A DNA stretch of 64,000 nt from a virus. The notes beneath the pieces were generated by a model that searched no databases, was not told the origin of the DNA, and saw only the letters and a program-made list of their open reading frames with translations. Below are positions 20,715 through 30,807 of this stretch, one piece after another. Within the stretch, counting starts at the first letter, position 1; every line of letters begins with the position of its first letter. Position numbers and translations under genes: made by a program. The DNA lies in IMG/VR virus record IMGVR_UViG_3300009163_000019; one strand, given 5' to 3'.

Positions 20715-20933
20715 ATGAATTTTATAATTGATTTATTCAAGAAGGCACCAAAAGGAGATAGCTATAGAGCATCTGATCCTCAATTTAAGTATGTTGATAA
20801 TATTGCCCAACTTAATTCTGCGTCCCCAAACCAGTATAGTAAGTTGACTACGAATAGTATCAATAAAATTCAGAAGACTAAGGCTACTTTAACCCAGTCT
20901 ACCAATGGTGGTTCGACTCTTCCTGGAAGCTAA
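20715..20933 (+). CDS. Hypothetical protein
   Basis: 72 aa ORF with upstream ATATTTAT motif. Confidence 0.45.
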   Translation: MNFIIDLFKKAPKGDSYRASDPQFKYVDNIAQLNSASPNQYSKLTTNSINKIQKTKATLTQSTNGGSTLPGS

Positions 20934-21047
20934 GTAGTTAGCTTTAATCATTAAATATTAACAAAGGGTTTTGATCTGTGCTAGAAAGCTATATAGTTTT
21001 CTAGGATAAATTTTATTTTTTAAACTTTAATAAAAAAACAATTAAAA

Positions 21048-22898
21048 ATGGACATTACACAACAAATTTTGTCTGAAATAACAGTCTACAACAAGTATGC
21101 AAAGTATTTACCAGGACCAAAAAGAAGAGAAACATGGGAAGAGATAGTTACCAGAAACAAAGAAATGCATTTACAAAAGTTTCCGAAATTACAAGACGAA
21201 ATTGAAAGTGTATATAAACTAGTTTACGACAAAAAAATCCTGCCTTCTATGCGCTCTATGCAATTTGCAGGAAAGCCTATTGCTATTAATAATGCCAGAA
21301 TATTTAATTGCTCATTTGCACCAGTCGATGATTGGCGCGTATTTTCAGAAGTAATGTTTTTACTTTTAGGAGGTTGCGGTGTAGGATATTCTGTTCAAAA
21401 ACATCATGTAGATCAACTTCCTGAAATTGTTAAACCTAGTAAAGAAAAAAGATATCTTATTGGAGACTCTATTGAAGGTTGGGCAGATGCAATAAAACTA
21501 CTAATGAAATCCTATTTAGTAGGAGGTCCAAGACCTAAATTTGATTTTAGAGATATTAGACCAAAAGGATCTATGCTTATTACCGCAGGAGGAAAAGCTC
21601 CTGGTCCTGAGCCATTAAAAGAGTGTTTATTTCAAATTCAAAAAATATTAGATCGTAAAGATACCGGAGATAAATTAACTCCAATTGAGTGCCATGATAT
21701 GATTTGTTATATTGCGGATGCAGTATTATCAGGAGGTATTCGCCGTGCTGCTTTAATTAGTTTATTTTCTTTTGATGATGAGGATATGCTAACTTCTAAA
21801 TTTGGTGCCTGGTGGGAAAATAATCCACAAAGAGGTAGAGCAAATAATTCTGCGACTATTCTTCGTGATCGTATCCAAAAAGAAGAGTTCATGGATTTAT
21901 GGAAAAAAATTGAATTGTCTAATGCAGGTGAGCCAGGATTTTTCTTTACTAATGATAAAGATTGGGGAACTAATCCTTGTGCTGAAATTGCATTAAGACC
22001 TTTTCAATTCTGTAATCTTTGTGAAGTTAATGTATCTAATTTAGAATCTCAAGAAGATTTAAATCAAAGAGTTAAGGCAGCATCATTCATCGGAACTCTT
22101 CAAGCTTCATATACTGATTTTCATTATCTTCGTGATATCTGGAAAAGAACAACTGAAAAAGATGCACTAATCGGAGTTGGTATGACAGGTATTGCTTCTG
22201 GAGCCGTGTTAAAATTAAGTATGAAAGAAGCTGCAGGAATTGTAAAAGAAGAAAATGAAAGAGTTGCTAAAATTCTTGGAATTCATAAAGCTGCTAGGTG
22301 TACAACAGTAAAACCTTCAGGAACCACTTCATGTGTTCTTGGAACTTCATCTGGAGTCCATGCTTGGCACGATGAGTATTATTTCAGAAGAATCAGACTT
22401 GGTAAAAATGAATCTCTATATACTCATTTATTGATGAATTATCCAGAGTTAATTGAAGATGAATACTTTAAACCTCAATCTCAAGCGGTAGTTACAATTC
22501 CTCAAAAGGCACCAGAGGGAGCAATTACAAGAACTGAATCTGCAATGGATTTACTTCATAGAGTAGAAAAAATGCATAAAGAGTGGATTAAGCCAGGTCA
22601 TAGAACTGGACGTAATACACATAATGTATCTGTAACTATTTCTCTTAAAACGGAAGAATGGCCTGAAGTTGGTGAGTGGGCATGGGCTAATAGAAATAAT
22701 TATACAGCATTGTCTTGCCTACCTTATGATAATGGATCTTATGTACAAGCTCCTTTTGAGTCAATAACTAAAGAACAATTTGATAACTTCATTTCAACTT
22801 TACATAAAGTAGATCTTTCTAAAGTAATTGAATTTGAAGATTATACAGATCAAAAAGGAGAATTAGCCTGTGCAGGAGGTGCTTGCGAAATTGTCTAA
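21048..22898 (+). CDS. nrdJ: Class II (adenosylcobalamin-dependent) ribonucleotide reductase
   Basis: FNC, TNPCAEI, VKPSGT, C-terminal CAGGACE; no beta-subunit gene nearby. Confidence 0.9.
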   Translation: MDITQQILSEITVYNKYAKYLPGPKRRETWEEIVTRNKEMHLQKFPKLQDEIESVYKLVYDKKILPSMRSMQFAGKPIAINNARIFNCSFAPVDDWRVFSEVMFLLLGGCGVGYSVQKHHVDQLPEIVKPSKEKRYLIGDSIEGWADAIKLLMKSYLVGGPRPKFDFRDIRPKGSMLITAGGKAPGPEPLKECLFQIQKILDRKDTGDKLTPIECHDMICYIADAVLSGGIRRAALISLFSFDDEDMLTSKFGAWWENNPQRGRANNSATILRDRIQKEEFMDLWKKIELSNAGEPGFFFTNDKDWGTNPCAEIALRPFQFCNLCEVNVSNLESQEDLNQRVKAASFIGTLQASYTDFHYLRDIWKRTTEKDALIGVGMTGIASGAVLKLSMKEAAGIVKEENERVAKILGIHKAARCTTVKPSGTTSCVLGTSSGVHAWHDEYYFRRIRLGKNESLYTHLLMNYPELIEDEYFKPQSQAVVTIPQKAPEGAITRTESAMDLLHRVEKMHKEWIKPGHRTGRNTHNVSVTISLKTEEWPEVGEWAWANRNNYTALSCLPYDNGSYVQAPFESITKEQFDNFISTLHKVDLSKVIEFEDYTDQKGELACAGGACEIV

Positions 22899-22921
22899 TA
22901 TTTATTATTACAAAGTAAGAA

Positions 22922-23164
22922 ATGGCCCTAATAAGCAAAACCAGTAAATACGGAGCGCCTGAACCCTTAAAATACTATAAAAGTAAAGAACAAATTAAGG
23001 CTAACGGAAGTATGGCTCTGGCCTCAGAGGGATCTTTTGATAGCCAAGTAAATCCAAATATTTTACCAGGAGAACTATTTGTACCACAAGATAATACCTC
23101 TTTTTTGGTTTCTGAATTAGATGAGTTTCTTATTACAGAAGATAATAATAATATAATACTATAA
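22922..23164 (+). CDS. Small virion-associated protein (possible fibre adaptor)
   Basis: C-terminal LVSE..FLITED motif; late-type motif upstream; precedes a fibre-like gene. Confidence 0.4.
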   Translation: MALISKTSKYGAPEPLKYYKSKEQIKANGSMALASEGSFDSQVNPNILPGELFVPQDNTSFLVSELDEFLITEDNNNIIL

Positions 23165-23166
23165 CA

Positions 23167-24084
23167 ATGGCAAATGTAAAAATTAGTCAATTACCAGCAG
23201 TATCATCTGTATTAACTACAGATGTAGTTGCTACGGTAGCTAGTTCTGCAACATCTCAAATAACAATACAAAATTTAGCTAACTCGCTACCTAATGTATC
23301 TTCTGCATCTTTTGCAAGTACTGCATCCTATTTTGTAACTAGTTCTGTAACCAATGCCAGTACAGCATCTTGTGTAAATAGATTAAATCAAAATTTAGTA
23401 GTTAGTGGATCTCTATTAATGTCCGGATCTATTATTCCAAATGTTGGAAACGGATCATACACTTCTAGTTTTGATTTAGGAAGCGCTACTGCTGCATGGA
23501 GGGATTTGTATATTTCTAACGGAACTATCTATTTTACAGATCCTGCAAATAATCAAAAATCTACACTATCTGTAACTTCTGGATCCCTAGTAAGTTCAGG
23601 ATCAGGACAAATAAATTCTGGATCTATTATACATAGGACTTCAATTGGTACACTTACTTCAAGAACAGATCGGATGTCTGGATCTTATTTAGTGGGATCT
23701 CAAGTAGATGCAGTTATTCCAGAAGGATATCAACTATATAATTTATTTAATAACGTTCAGTATAATGGAGAATCTATAGTCTATTTGTATACAATACTTA
23801 GACCAGGTACTTCTCAATTAAAAAGTCCATTGAGTAGTTCACCTATAAGAATTGTTAATAGAAAAGCTGGTAATCCAATAATGAGTGTAAGAGTTAATCC
23901 GATTGATCAAATTAGATCTTTAAGCTTTACAGATGCTGGATCAACTAGAAGCTACGATCCTAGTGCATCTATTAATTTACCAACAGGTAGCTATGTAGAT
24001 TTATATGTAGATACAGGCGCTTCAGGTTATTCAGGATTTTCTTGGGTAGTATTAGCAACTGGCTCCGCTTATGGGTCAATATAA
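23167..24084 (+). CDS. Ser/Thr-rich fibre-like virion protein
   Basis: N-terminal ANVKISQLP; IIP......DLGS...AW.DLY motif seen in phage fibres; six SGS tripeptides. Confidence 0.55.
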   Translation: MANVKISQLPAVSSVLTTDVVATVASSATSQITIQNLANSLPNVSSASFASTASYFVTSSVTNASTASCVNRLNQNLVVSGSLLMSGSIIPNVGNGSYTSSFDLGSATAAWRDLYISNGTIYFTDPANNQKSTLSVTSGSLVSSGSGQINSGSIIHRTSIGTLTSRTDRMSGSYLVGSQVDAVIPEGYQLYNLFNNVQYNGESIVYLYTILRPGTSQLKSPLSSSPIRIVNRKAGNPIMSVRVNPIDQIRSLSFTDAGSTRSYDPSASINLPTGSYVDLYVDTGASGYSGFSWVVLATGSAYGSI

Positions 24085-24093
24085 TTAGTTTAA

Positions 24094-24279
<186 letters not shown>

Positions 24280-24309
24280 TTTTGTATATTTGATTTATAT
24301 AATAAAGTT

Positions 24310-24540
24310 ATGGTATTAACAATCGGCGAAGGAATAGTATATTTAGTAGTCACTTTAATTTTAATGGGAATTCAAGTTTGGCAGGTAAGAAAATTTCATT
24401 TACAAAATAAAGAAATAGATCTTCTTTGGGAACAGATAGGAATACTAGCTATGACTACTAGTCTTAATATAGAAAAACTTCAAAAATCAATAGATGAAAA
24501 AGAATCAAAAAATAAAACAAGACTTAAATCAAAAGTCTAA
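24310..24540 (+). CDS. Small membrane protein
   Basis: N-terminal hydrophobic helix. Confidence 0.5.
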   Translation: MVLTIGEGIVYLVVTLILMGIQVWQVRKFHLQNKEIDLLWEQIGILAMTTSLNIEKLQKSIDEKESKNKTRLKSKV

Positions 24541-24694
24541 AGGTCTTGGAGACACTATTGCTAAAGTAACTAATTTTTTTGGTATAGATATTTTAGCAGA
24601 TAAAATAGCAAAATTCTTTGGTAAAGAAGACTGCGGCTGCACTAGAAGAAAAGACAAATTAAATAAACTTGTTCCTTATAAAAAAAATAAATAG
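24494..24694 (+). CDS. Small phage protein with CGC motif
   Basis: GLGDTIAK.T...G......DCGC..R...LN. Confidence 0.55.
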   Translation: MKKNQKIKQDLNQKSKGLGDTIAKVTNFFGIDILADKIAKFFGKEDCGCTRRKDKLNKLVPYKKNK

Positions 24695-24696
24695 TT

Positions 24697-25716
24697 ATGA
24701 AATTAGAAAAATTTGAAAAACTTAAGGTACGATTAGAAATACTTAAGTTAGAAAAAAACTTTTTTACTTTAGATAAGGTTTTATATTATTTTTCTTTTTT
24801 AGGAAATATATTTCTTATTTATTTCGGATATTTCTTTATCAAATCAATTACAGATACCCTACCTAATTTATTTCCATATCAAAATACATTTTTAGCAATT
24901 TTTATTGCTCTATTTTTAACTGGTTATGAATTAACAAAAAGATTTGTAGTAGAACAATTCACTATTTTTGCTTTAAAAAGTAAATCATTTACAGCAGGAT
25001 TAGTTTTTGGATTAGCAGTTTCTTTAATGTTGATAGCAGGATCTTTTTATTTATCAATTAATGGTGCTCATAGACTTGTAGATAATACTCAAATAATTGT
25101 AAGTAAGATAGATGAAACGGCATCAATAAAATTAGATTCAGTATCTAAATATTATGATAAAGAAATTCTATATTATAGGACTCAACCTGCAAAAACAAGA
25201 CAAGATAGAAAATATAGGGATTCTATAGTCGCTGAATTACAAATCAGTAAAGATAAAAGACTTGCAGAAATAGAAACAAAAATTAAAGCAGGTTCTAAAT
25301 TAGATATAGATAAAAATAAAGAGAATGACACAGCATTTATCTTTATGACTTTTTTCTTAGAGTTTATTATAGTTTTAGGAGTTGGATTTAATTCATTCTA
25401 TACAGTTGGATCATATAATGAAACAAAAACTCTTTTACAAACTCCAAAATATAAACAAATACAACTTAATTTACAACTACTTAAATTATATTATCAAGCA
25501 GGAAAAAAGAATTCTGGAGACGCAGTATTATCTGCTAGTAAATTTCAATCTATAGTAAAAAATCAAAAAATAGGATGCACTCAGTCTGAAGTAAAAAACT
25601 TTATAGTACTTTGTTTTGAATTAGGTATAACTAAAGAGATTAGAAGCAGAAAAAAAGAGTATCAAGTATCTTATGAAGAGGCTAAAGCATTGATTCTCAA
25701 GGACGAAATACTGTAA
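24697..25716 (+). CDS. Multi-pass membrane protein
   Basis: About four hydrophobic segments plus a coiled coil. Confidence 0.55.
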   Translation: MKLEKFEKLKVRLEILKLEKNFFTLDKVLYYFSFLGNIFLIYFGYFFIKSITDTLPNLFPYQNTFLAIFIALFLTGYELTKRFVVEQFTIFALKSKSFTAGLVFGLAVSLMLIAGSFYLSINGAHRLVDNTQIIVSKIDETASIKLDSVSKYYDKEILYYRTQPAKTRQDRKYRDSIVAELQISKDKRLAEIETKIKAGSKLDIDKNKENDTAFIFMTFFLEFIIVLGVGFNSFYTVGSYNETKTLLQTPKYKQIQLNLQLLKLYYQAGKKNSGDAVLSASKFQSIVKNQKIGCTQSEVKNFIVLCFELGITKEIRSRKKEYQVSYEEAKALILKDEIL

Positions 25717-25747
25717 GCCAATATTTTTTTATTGTAAAATTATTTTG

Positions 25748-25755
25748 TATATTTG
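25748..25755 (+). promoter_or_regulatory. Bacteroidetes-type -7 promoter element (TAnnTTTG)
   Basis: TATATTTG ending 5 nt before the polA ATG; same element at 24285 and 31146; TAnnTTTA variants at 14500, 16322, 34754, 42821, 43290. Confidence 0.6.
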
Positions 25756-25759
25756 ATAT

Positions 25760-28063
25760 ATGAATAAAAGTTATGTAACCGTAGACACAGTAGACAAACT
25801 AAAAAGTGTAATAGAACACATTAAAGCAAACGAAGTAATAGCGTTTGATACTGAGACAAATAGTCTTAATCCACGTAAAGGCAAAATCATAGGCTTCTCA
25901 GTTTCAGGAGAAGAAGGTAAAGGCTATTATATGCCAACTATGATATTCAAAGATAATGAGCTTCAAGACGCTATGATTGAAGATAAACTTGCTCATGATC
26001 TTGCAAAGAAAACAATATCACTACTTATTGGAAAAAAATTAATTATGCATAACGCATCTTTTGATACAAGATTCGTTAAGTGTTTTTATGGTATTAATTT
26101 ACTTCCTAGTCTTTATGCAGATACGCTTTTATTAGTTCATACAGTAAAAGAAGAAGGCGCAGGTTATATGGCAGGTTCTCCATTCGGTCTTAAGGATATT
26201 GCTAAAATGATTCAAGCACATATCGGTTTAGATATTGAAAAATCTGCTAATGAAGAACAAATAGCTCTTAAGACTTCTATTAAAGAAAATGGCGGATCAA
26301 TTACAAGAGAGAGTTATGAAATATGGAAAGCTGATCTAGAACTACTTTCAGAATATGCTGCTGCAGATACTGACTTAACTTTAAGAGTTTATAATCATTT
26401 TATTAAGCAGCTTTACGCAGAAGGTCTAGAAAAGTTTTTCTTTGAAGATGAGGTTATGCCTTTATATAAAGAGGTTACAATTCCAATGGAGCAAGTAGGT
26501 GTTAAATTAGATCTTCCTTTAATTAATAAAGCAAAGACAGATATTGAAATACATTTAAAAGAATATTCTGATCTTGTAACGAAAGAGTTATTACAAAATT
26601 CAGATGTAAAAGCTTGGGTAGTTTATAAAGCTAAAGATGCATATCCAGCAAATAATAAAGGAACATTTGCTCAAGAGTTATGTAAAGAGTTTGATCTACC
26701 TTTAGAAAGGTCAGAAAAAACACAAAAATTTAATATAAATAAATCTGCACTAACAAGACTTCCTGAATCTCAAATAAAACACTTTTTAATACATGGAGAT
26801 CCTGCAGTACTAGATAAAGACCTATGTATTAAAATTAGTCTTCGTTTATGGAAAGAAGATAATGATGGGGCATTCTTTAATATACAGTCTAAAGATCAAA
26901 TGGGTGAAATTGCTTTTGGAGTTCTTGGTATTAAACCAATGTCAAAGACTGCAAAAGGTAAACCTCAATTTGATGATGATATGGTCCAATCAATAGCAGA
27001 GAAATATAGCTGGGCAAAAAACCTTAGAATATATAATAGACTACTTAAAATTAGATCTACTTACATAGAAAGATTTTTAACAGCTCAAGAAGATGGTAGA
27101 TACTATTTCTATTATAAACAACATGGTACAGTATCTGGTAGATATGGTTCTGATGCTCAACAATTACCTAGACCTAAAGAGGAAGGCGATGATGATCCAA
27201 TAGTTATTGAATATAATAATTTGATCCGAGCATTTTTTATACCTGATGTACATAATATTTTTATCGATTGTGACTATGAATCTCTTGAGCCTCATACATT
27301 TGCTCACGTATCTGGTGATGAAGGCTTAAAAGATATTTTTAGAAATGGTTGGGATTTTTATTCTACAATTGCTATAAAAACAGAAAAACTAAATCAATAT
27401 TCTCCAGATAAAAAAGCACCAAACTATCTACGTAAGTTAGATCCTAAACTAAGAAATAAAGCTAAAGCTTATTCATTAGGTATTCCTTATGGAATGGGTG
27501 CTTATGCTCTAGGTATGAATTTAGGTATTCCTACTAAAGAAGCAAAAAAACTTGTTGAAGGTTATTTAAGTGGGTATCCGCAACTTAGAGAGTGGATGGA
27601 TTCTTCTAAAGCTCAAGCAAAAGCTGTAGGATTTGTTAAGACTCAAGTTGGTCGTGTAAGACACTTACCTAAAGTAAAAGCGATCTATGATAAAATTGGA
27701 GACGATCTACTCGACTGGAATATCAAGAAAGAGATGGAGTATCAATATGGCGTAGATAAAGTAAAAAACCTCTCGAGAGACTATATAAATGGATTAAATA
27801 ATAGTTGTAATGTTCAAATTCAAGGTCTTGCTGCATCTATTGTAAACAGAGCGGCATTAGCTATCAATAGAAAGTTTAAGGAACTAAATATACGTGGCTG
27901 GGTATGCGCACAGATCCATGACCAGTTAGTTATTGAAGTAGATCATGATATCGCAGAAGATGCGGCCAAAATAGTCCAGGATTGCATGGAGAATACAACT
28001 AAACTTAGTATTGCTTTGAAAGCACCACCATCCCTAGCTAAAAACCTTCGTGATGGTCACTAA
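25760..28063 (+). CDS. polA: Family A DNA polymerase with 3'-5' exonuclease
   Basis: ExoI FDTET, ExoII HNASFD, ExoIII YAAAD; TVSGR, motif A DYESLE, motif B KAYSLGIPYG, motif C QIHD. Confidence 0.95.
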   Translation: MNKSYVTVDTVDKLKSVIEHIKANEVIAFDTETNSLNPRKGKIIGFSVSGEEGKGYYMPTMIFKDNELQDAMIEDKLAHDLAKKTISLLIGKKLIMHNASFDTRFVKCFYGINLLPSLYADTLLLVHTVKEEGAGYMAGSPFGLKDIAKMIQAHIGLDIEKSANEEQIALKTSIKENGGSITRESYEIWKADLELLSEYAAADTDLTLRVYNHFIKQLYAEGLEKFFFEDEVMPLYKEVTIPMEQVGVKLDLPLINKAKTDIEIHLKEYSDLVTKELLQNSDVKAWVVYKAKDAYPANNKGTFAQELCKEFDLPLERSEKTQKFNINKSALTRLPESQIKHFLIHGDPAVLDKDLCIKISLRLWKEDNDGAFFNIQSKDQMGEIAFGVLGIKPMSKTAKGKPQFDDDMVQSIAEKYSWAKNLRIYNRLLKIRSTYIERFLTAQEDGRYYFYYKQHGTVSGRYGSDAQQLPRPKEEGDDDPIVIEYNNLIRAFFIPDVHNIFIDCDYESLEPHTFAHVSGDEGLKDIFRNGWDFYSTIAIKTEKLNQYSPDKKAPNYLRKLDPKLRNKAKAYSLGIPYGMGAYALGMNLGIPTKEAKKLVEGYLSGYPQLREWMDSSKAQAKAVGFVKTQVGRVRHLPKVKAIYDKIGDDLLDWNIKKEMEYQYGVDKVKNLSRDYINGLNNSCNVQIQGLAASIVNRAALAINRKFKELNIRGWVCAQIHDQLVIEVDHDIAEDAAKIVQDCMENTTKLSIALKAPPSLAKNLRDGH

Positions 28064-28111
28064 AAAGAAAAATTATTTATCTCTACAAAAATTATATATA
28101 TTTATAATAAA

Positions 28112-28615
28112 AGGTACGGTAGGCCTTTAGTTACGAAATAAACAATTATAAACCGTTCACCGGAAGGGAACACAAAACAAAAAAACATGGGAACATTAAG
28201 ACCATTAGAGCTTGATCCATTCGACTTGCTCTGGAAAGACCTCTTCGAAACAGTACCACACTTCTCTGCAATTACGCAGAAAATATCGCATCCAGTAGAC
28301 ATTTATGAAACAGAAAACGGCATCTCTTTTGAGGTTGCTGCAGTAGGCCTAGACAAAGAAGACATAGACATTCTAGTTGACGGAGACCAACTTCGTATTA
28401 AATACGAAAAAGTAAAACCAGTAAATCAAGAATCTGTTATTTATCGAGGAATTAAAAGATCAGGATTTGATCTAAGTTGGAAAATCTCAGTTAAATTTGA
28501 AATTTCTAAATTAGAAGCAAAACTTGAAAAAGGACTTTTAATTTTAGATATTCCTTACGCAGAATCTAAAAAACCAAAACAAATAGAAATTAAATAAAGT
28601 AAGGCCTACCTACCT
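28112..28615. repeat. Inverted repeat pair flanking hsp20
   Basis: AGGTA(C)GGTAGGCCTT at 28112-28127 is complementary to AAGGCCTACCTACCT at 28601-28615. Confidence 0.75.
28187..28597 (+). CDS. Small heat-shock protein (Hsp20/IbpA family)
   Basis: PVDIYE, G..KEDI.I, YRGI..., A.LE.GLL.L.IP. Confidence 0.9.
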   Translation: MGTLRPLELDPFDLLWKDLFETVPHFSAITQKISHPVDIYETENGISFEVAAVGLDKEDIDILVDGDQLRIKYEKVKPVNQESVIYRGIKRSGFDLSWKISVKFEISKLEAKLEKGLLILDIPYAESKKPKQIEIK

Positions 28616-28620
28616 AAGTT

Positions 28621-28809
28621 ATGTTTTCAATCTGCAAAAATTTCATTAAAGTAAATGATGACTTATTTTTAGTCAAGCGAGTTCTATTCGAAGATCGGAT
28701 AAAAGATCTTGAAGGAATTAAACAATGGCTTGGAGCAGATTCTGTTTATAAAAAAGATAACCTACTCTATTTTTGTATTAAAATAGATGAATTAGAAATT
28801 GTAAATTAA
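28621..28809 (+). CDS. Hypothetical protein
   Basis: 62 aa ORF between hsp20 and groES. Confidence 0.45.
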   Translation: MFSICKNFIKVNDDLFLVKRVLFEDRIKDLEGIKQWLGADSVYKKDNLLYFCIKIDELEIVN

Positions 28810-28815
28810 CAATAT

Positions 28816-29106
28816 ATGAATAAAATAACCCCGCTAAATGGTTTCATTTTGTTGAAACCAATAGAGACACAAGAAGAGACATTCGGTAATATCATTATTC
28901 CTGATCTAGGCAAAGAAAGACCTGAAATGGGAGAAGTAGTAGCAACCTCTGATATCTACAATTATCATACAGATAAATTTGTAGTATCCAATATAGAAGT
29001 AGGAGAGATTGCACTAATCCCTAAAATGGGATCTCAAAGAATTGTTCTTGACGGACAAGACTATTTCATTTGCAAAGAAACGGATATTTTAGGAATTATT
29101 GAATAA
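28816..29106 (+). CDS. groES: Co-chaperonin GroES
   Basis: I.PL....L, mobile loop GNIIIPD..KE.P..GEVVA, E.DILGI. Confidence 0.9.
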   Translation: MNKITPLNGFILLKPIETQEETFGNIIIPDLGKERPEMGEVVATSDIYNYHTDKFVVSNIEVGEIALIPKMGSQRIVLDGQDYFICKETDILGIIE

Positions 29107-29123
29107 AAAAATTAAATAATATT

Positions 29124-30749
29124 ATGAGTACAACAAAAAATGTTTTCGGAACAGAACTTAAAGAAAAGTTATTGTCCGGTATAGAAAAATTAAATGCATC
29201 AGTATCATCAACACTAGGTCCAGGTGGACGCACTGTTTTAATTCGTGAACAGAATGGAGAAGTCAAAGTTACAAAAGATGGTGTAACAGTTGCTAAAGCT
29301 TTTCATAAACTAGAAGATGATATTGAAGATCTTGGTGCACAACTTGTAAAACAAGTAAGTATTAAATCTGCAAATGAAGCAGGTGATGGTACAACAACAT
29401 CTACACTTATTGCAACTGAAATTGTAAAAGCTGGATTAAAAGAAATTCGCCAAGGTTATAATGCTGTTGAGATTAAAAATGAAATTGATAAAATTGTTTT
29501 AGAAGTAATTCAAGAAATTAAAGATAAAGCAATTGAGATTTCTTCTGAAGAACAAATTAAACAAGTAGCAACTATTTCAGGTAATAATGATCCAGAAGTT
29601 GGAAATTTAATTGCTACCGCAATTGATAAAGTTGGTCGTGAAGGTGTTGTAACTATTGAAGAATCTAAGACAGGAGAAACTTGTCTTGAAGTTGTTGAAG
29701 GTATGCAATTTGATCGTGGATATAAATCTCCATATTTTGTTACTAACAATACAACAATGCAAGCAGGTCTTGAAAATCCTTATATCTTATTGTATGATGG
29801 ACGTATTACAACTGCACAAGAATTGCTTCAAGTACTTACAAAAGCAAATTCAGAAAATAAATCGCTATTAATTATTGCAGAAGATATTGGAGATGAAGCT
29901 CTAGCAACATTAATTGTAAATAAAATGCGTGGCATTATTCAAGTATGCGCAGTAAAAGCACCAGATTTTGGTGAAAGAAAAACCCTGATCTTAGAAGATA
30001 TTGCTATCTTAACCGGAGGTCAAGTTGTTTCTAAAGATAAAGGACATAAGCTTGATAAATTAACCCCAGCTCAACTTACAGATTTCTTAGGCACTGCTAG
30101 AATGTCAACTATTACTAAAGAAGAAACTACTATTGTAGATGGTAAAGGAGACGAAGCTAAAATTGAAGCTAGAGCAATTGAGATCAAAGATCAAATTGAA
30201 AAAGCTACTTCATTTTATGAGAAAGAAAAACTACAAGAAAGACTTGGTAAGTTGATTGGTGGTGTTGCAATTATTTCTGTAGGTGGTAATTCTGATATTG
30301 AAATTAAAGAAAAGAAAGACCGAGTAGAAGACGCACTATTTGCAACTAAAGCAGCGCTTGAAGACGGAGTAGTTCCAGGAGGAGGTACAGCATTGTATCA
30401 ATCTTCTCTTAATCATAGAGCAGAGACAAGTGTTAATGTTGCAATTGCTAGGTCAATTTTATTAGATGCACTACAAGCTCCATTTAAGAAAATCCTTGAT
30501 AATGCAGGAGTAAAAGATTGGTGGAATTATATTCCAAGTGAATTAGTCAAAAATAAAATTTATGATGCAAAGAATCATAAAATGGTAGATGCTTTTGAAG
30601 CTGGTATTATTGATCCTGCAAAAGTGGTTATCACAGCGCTTAAAAATGCTGCATCGGTAGCCGGAACAATTCTAACAACAGAAAGTGTTATTTTTGAAAA
30701 ATTAAATAAAGATGAGAAACCAGCAGATCCTATGATGGGTATGATGTAA
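29124..30749 (+). CDS. groEL: Chaperonin GroEL
   Basis: [40 protein letters not shown], Met/Gly tail. Confidence 0.97.
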   Translation: MSTTKNVFGTELKEKLLSGIEKLNASVSSTLGPGGRTVLIREQNGEVKVTKDGVTVAKAFHKLEDDIEDLGAQLVKQVSIKSANEAGDGTTTSTLIATEIVKAGLKEIRQGYNAVEIKNEIDKIVLEVIQEIKDKAIEISSEEQIKQVATISGNNDPEVGNLIATAIDKVGREGVVTIEESKTGETCLEVVEGMQFDRGYKSPYFVTNNTTMQAGLENPYILLYDGRITTAQELLQVLTKANSENKSLLIIAEDIGDEALATLIVNKMRGIIQVCAVKAPDFGERKTLILEDIAILTGGQVVSKDKGHKLDKLTPAQLTDFLGTARMSTITKEETTIVDGKGDEAKIEARAIEIKDQIEKATSFYEKEKLQERLGKLIGGVAIISVGGNSDIEIKEKKDRVEDALFATKAALEDGVVPGGGTALYQSSLNHRAETSVNVAIARSILLDALQAPFKKILDNAGVKDWWNYIPSELVKNKIYDAKNHKMVDAFEAGIIDPAKVVITALKNAASVAGTILTTESVIFEKLNKDEKPADPMMGMM

Positions 30750-30753
30750 AAAT

Positions 30754-30778
30754 AAAGCCCCACTTTGGTGGGGTTTTT
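30754..30778 (+). terminator. Rho-independent terminator after groEL
   Basis: GCCCCAC-TTTG-GTGGGGT followed by TTTT. Confidence 0.85.
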
Positions 30779-30807
30779 CATATATTTATTATAGTAAATA
30801 ATAAAAA

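Noticed and set aside
20934-21047. Cobalamin riboswitch upstream of the B12-dependent nrdJ
   Set aside because: The region is short, very AT-rich and lacks B12-box or conserved core motifs
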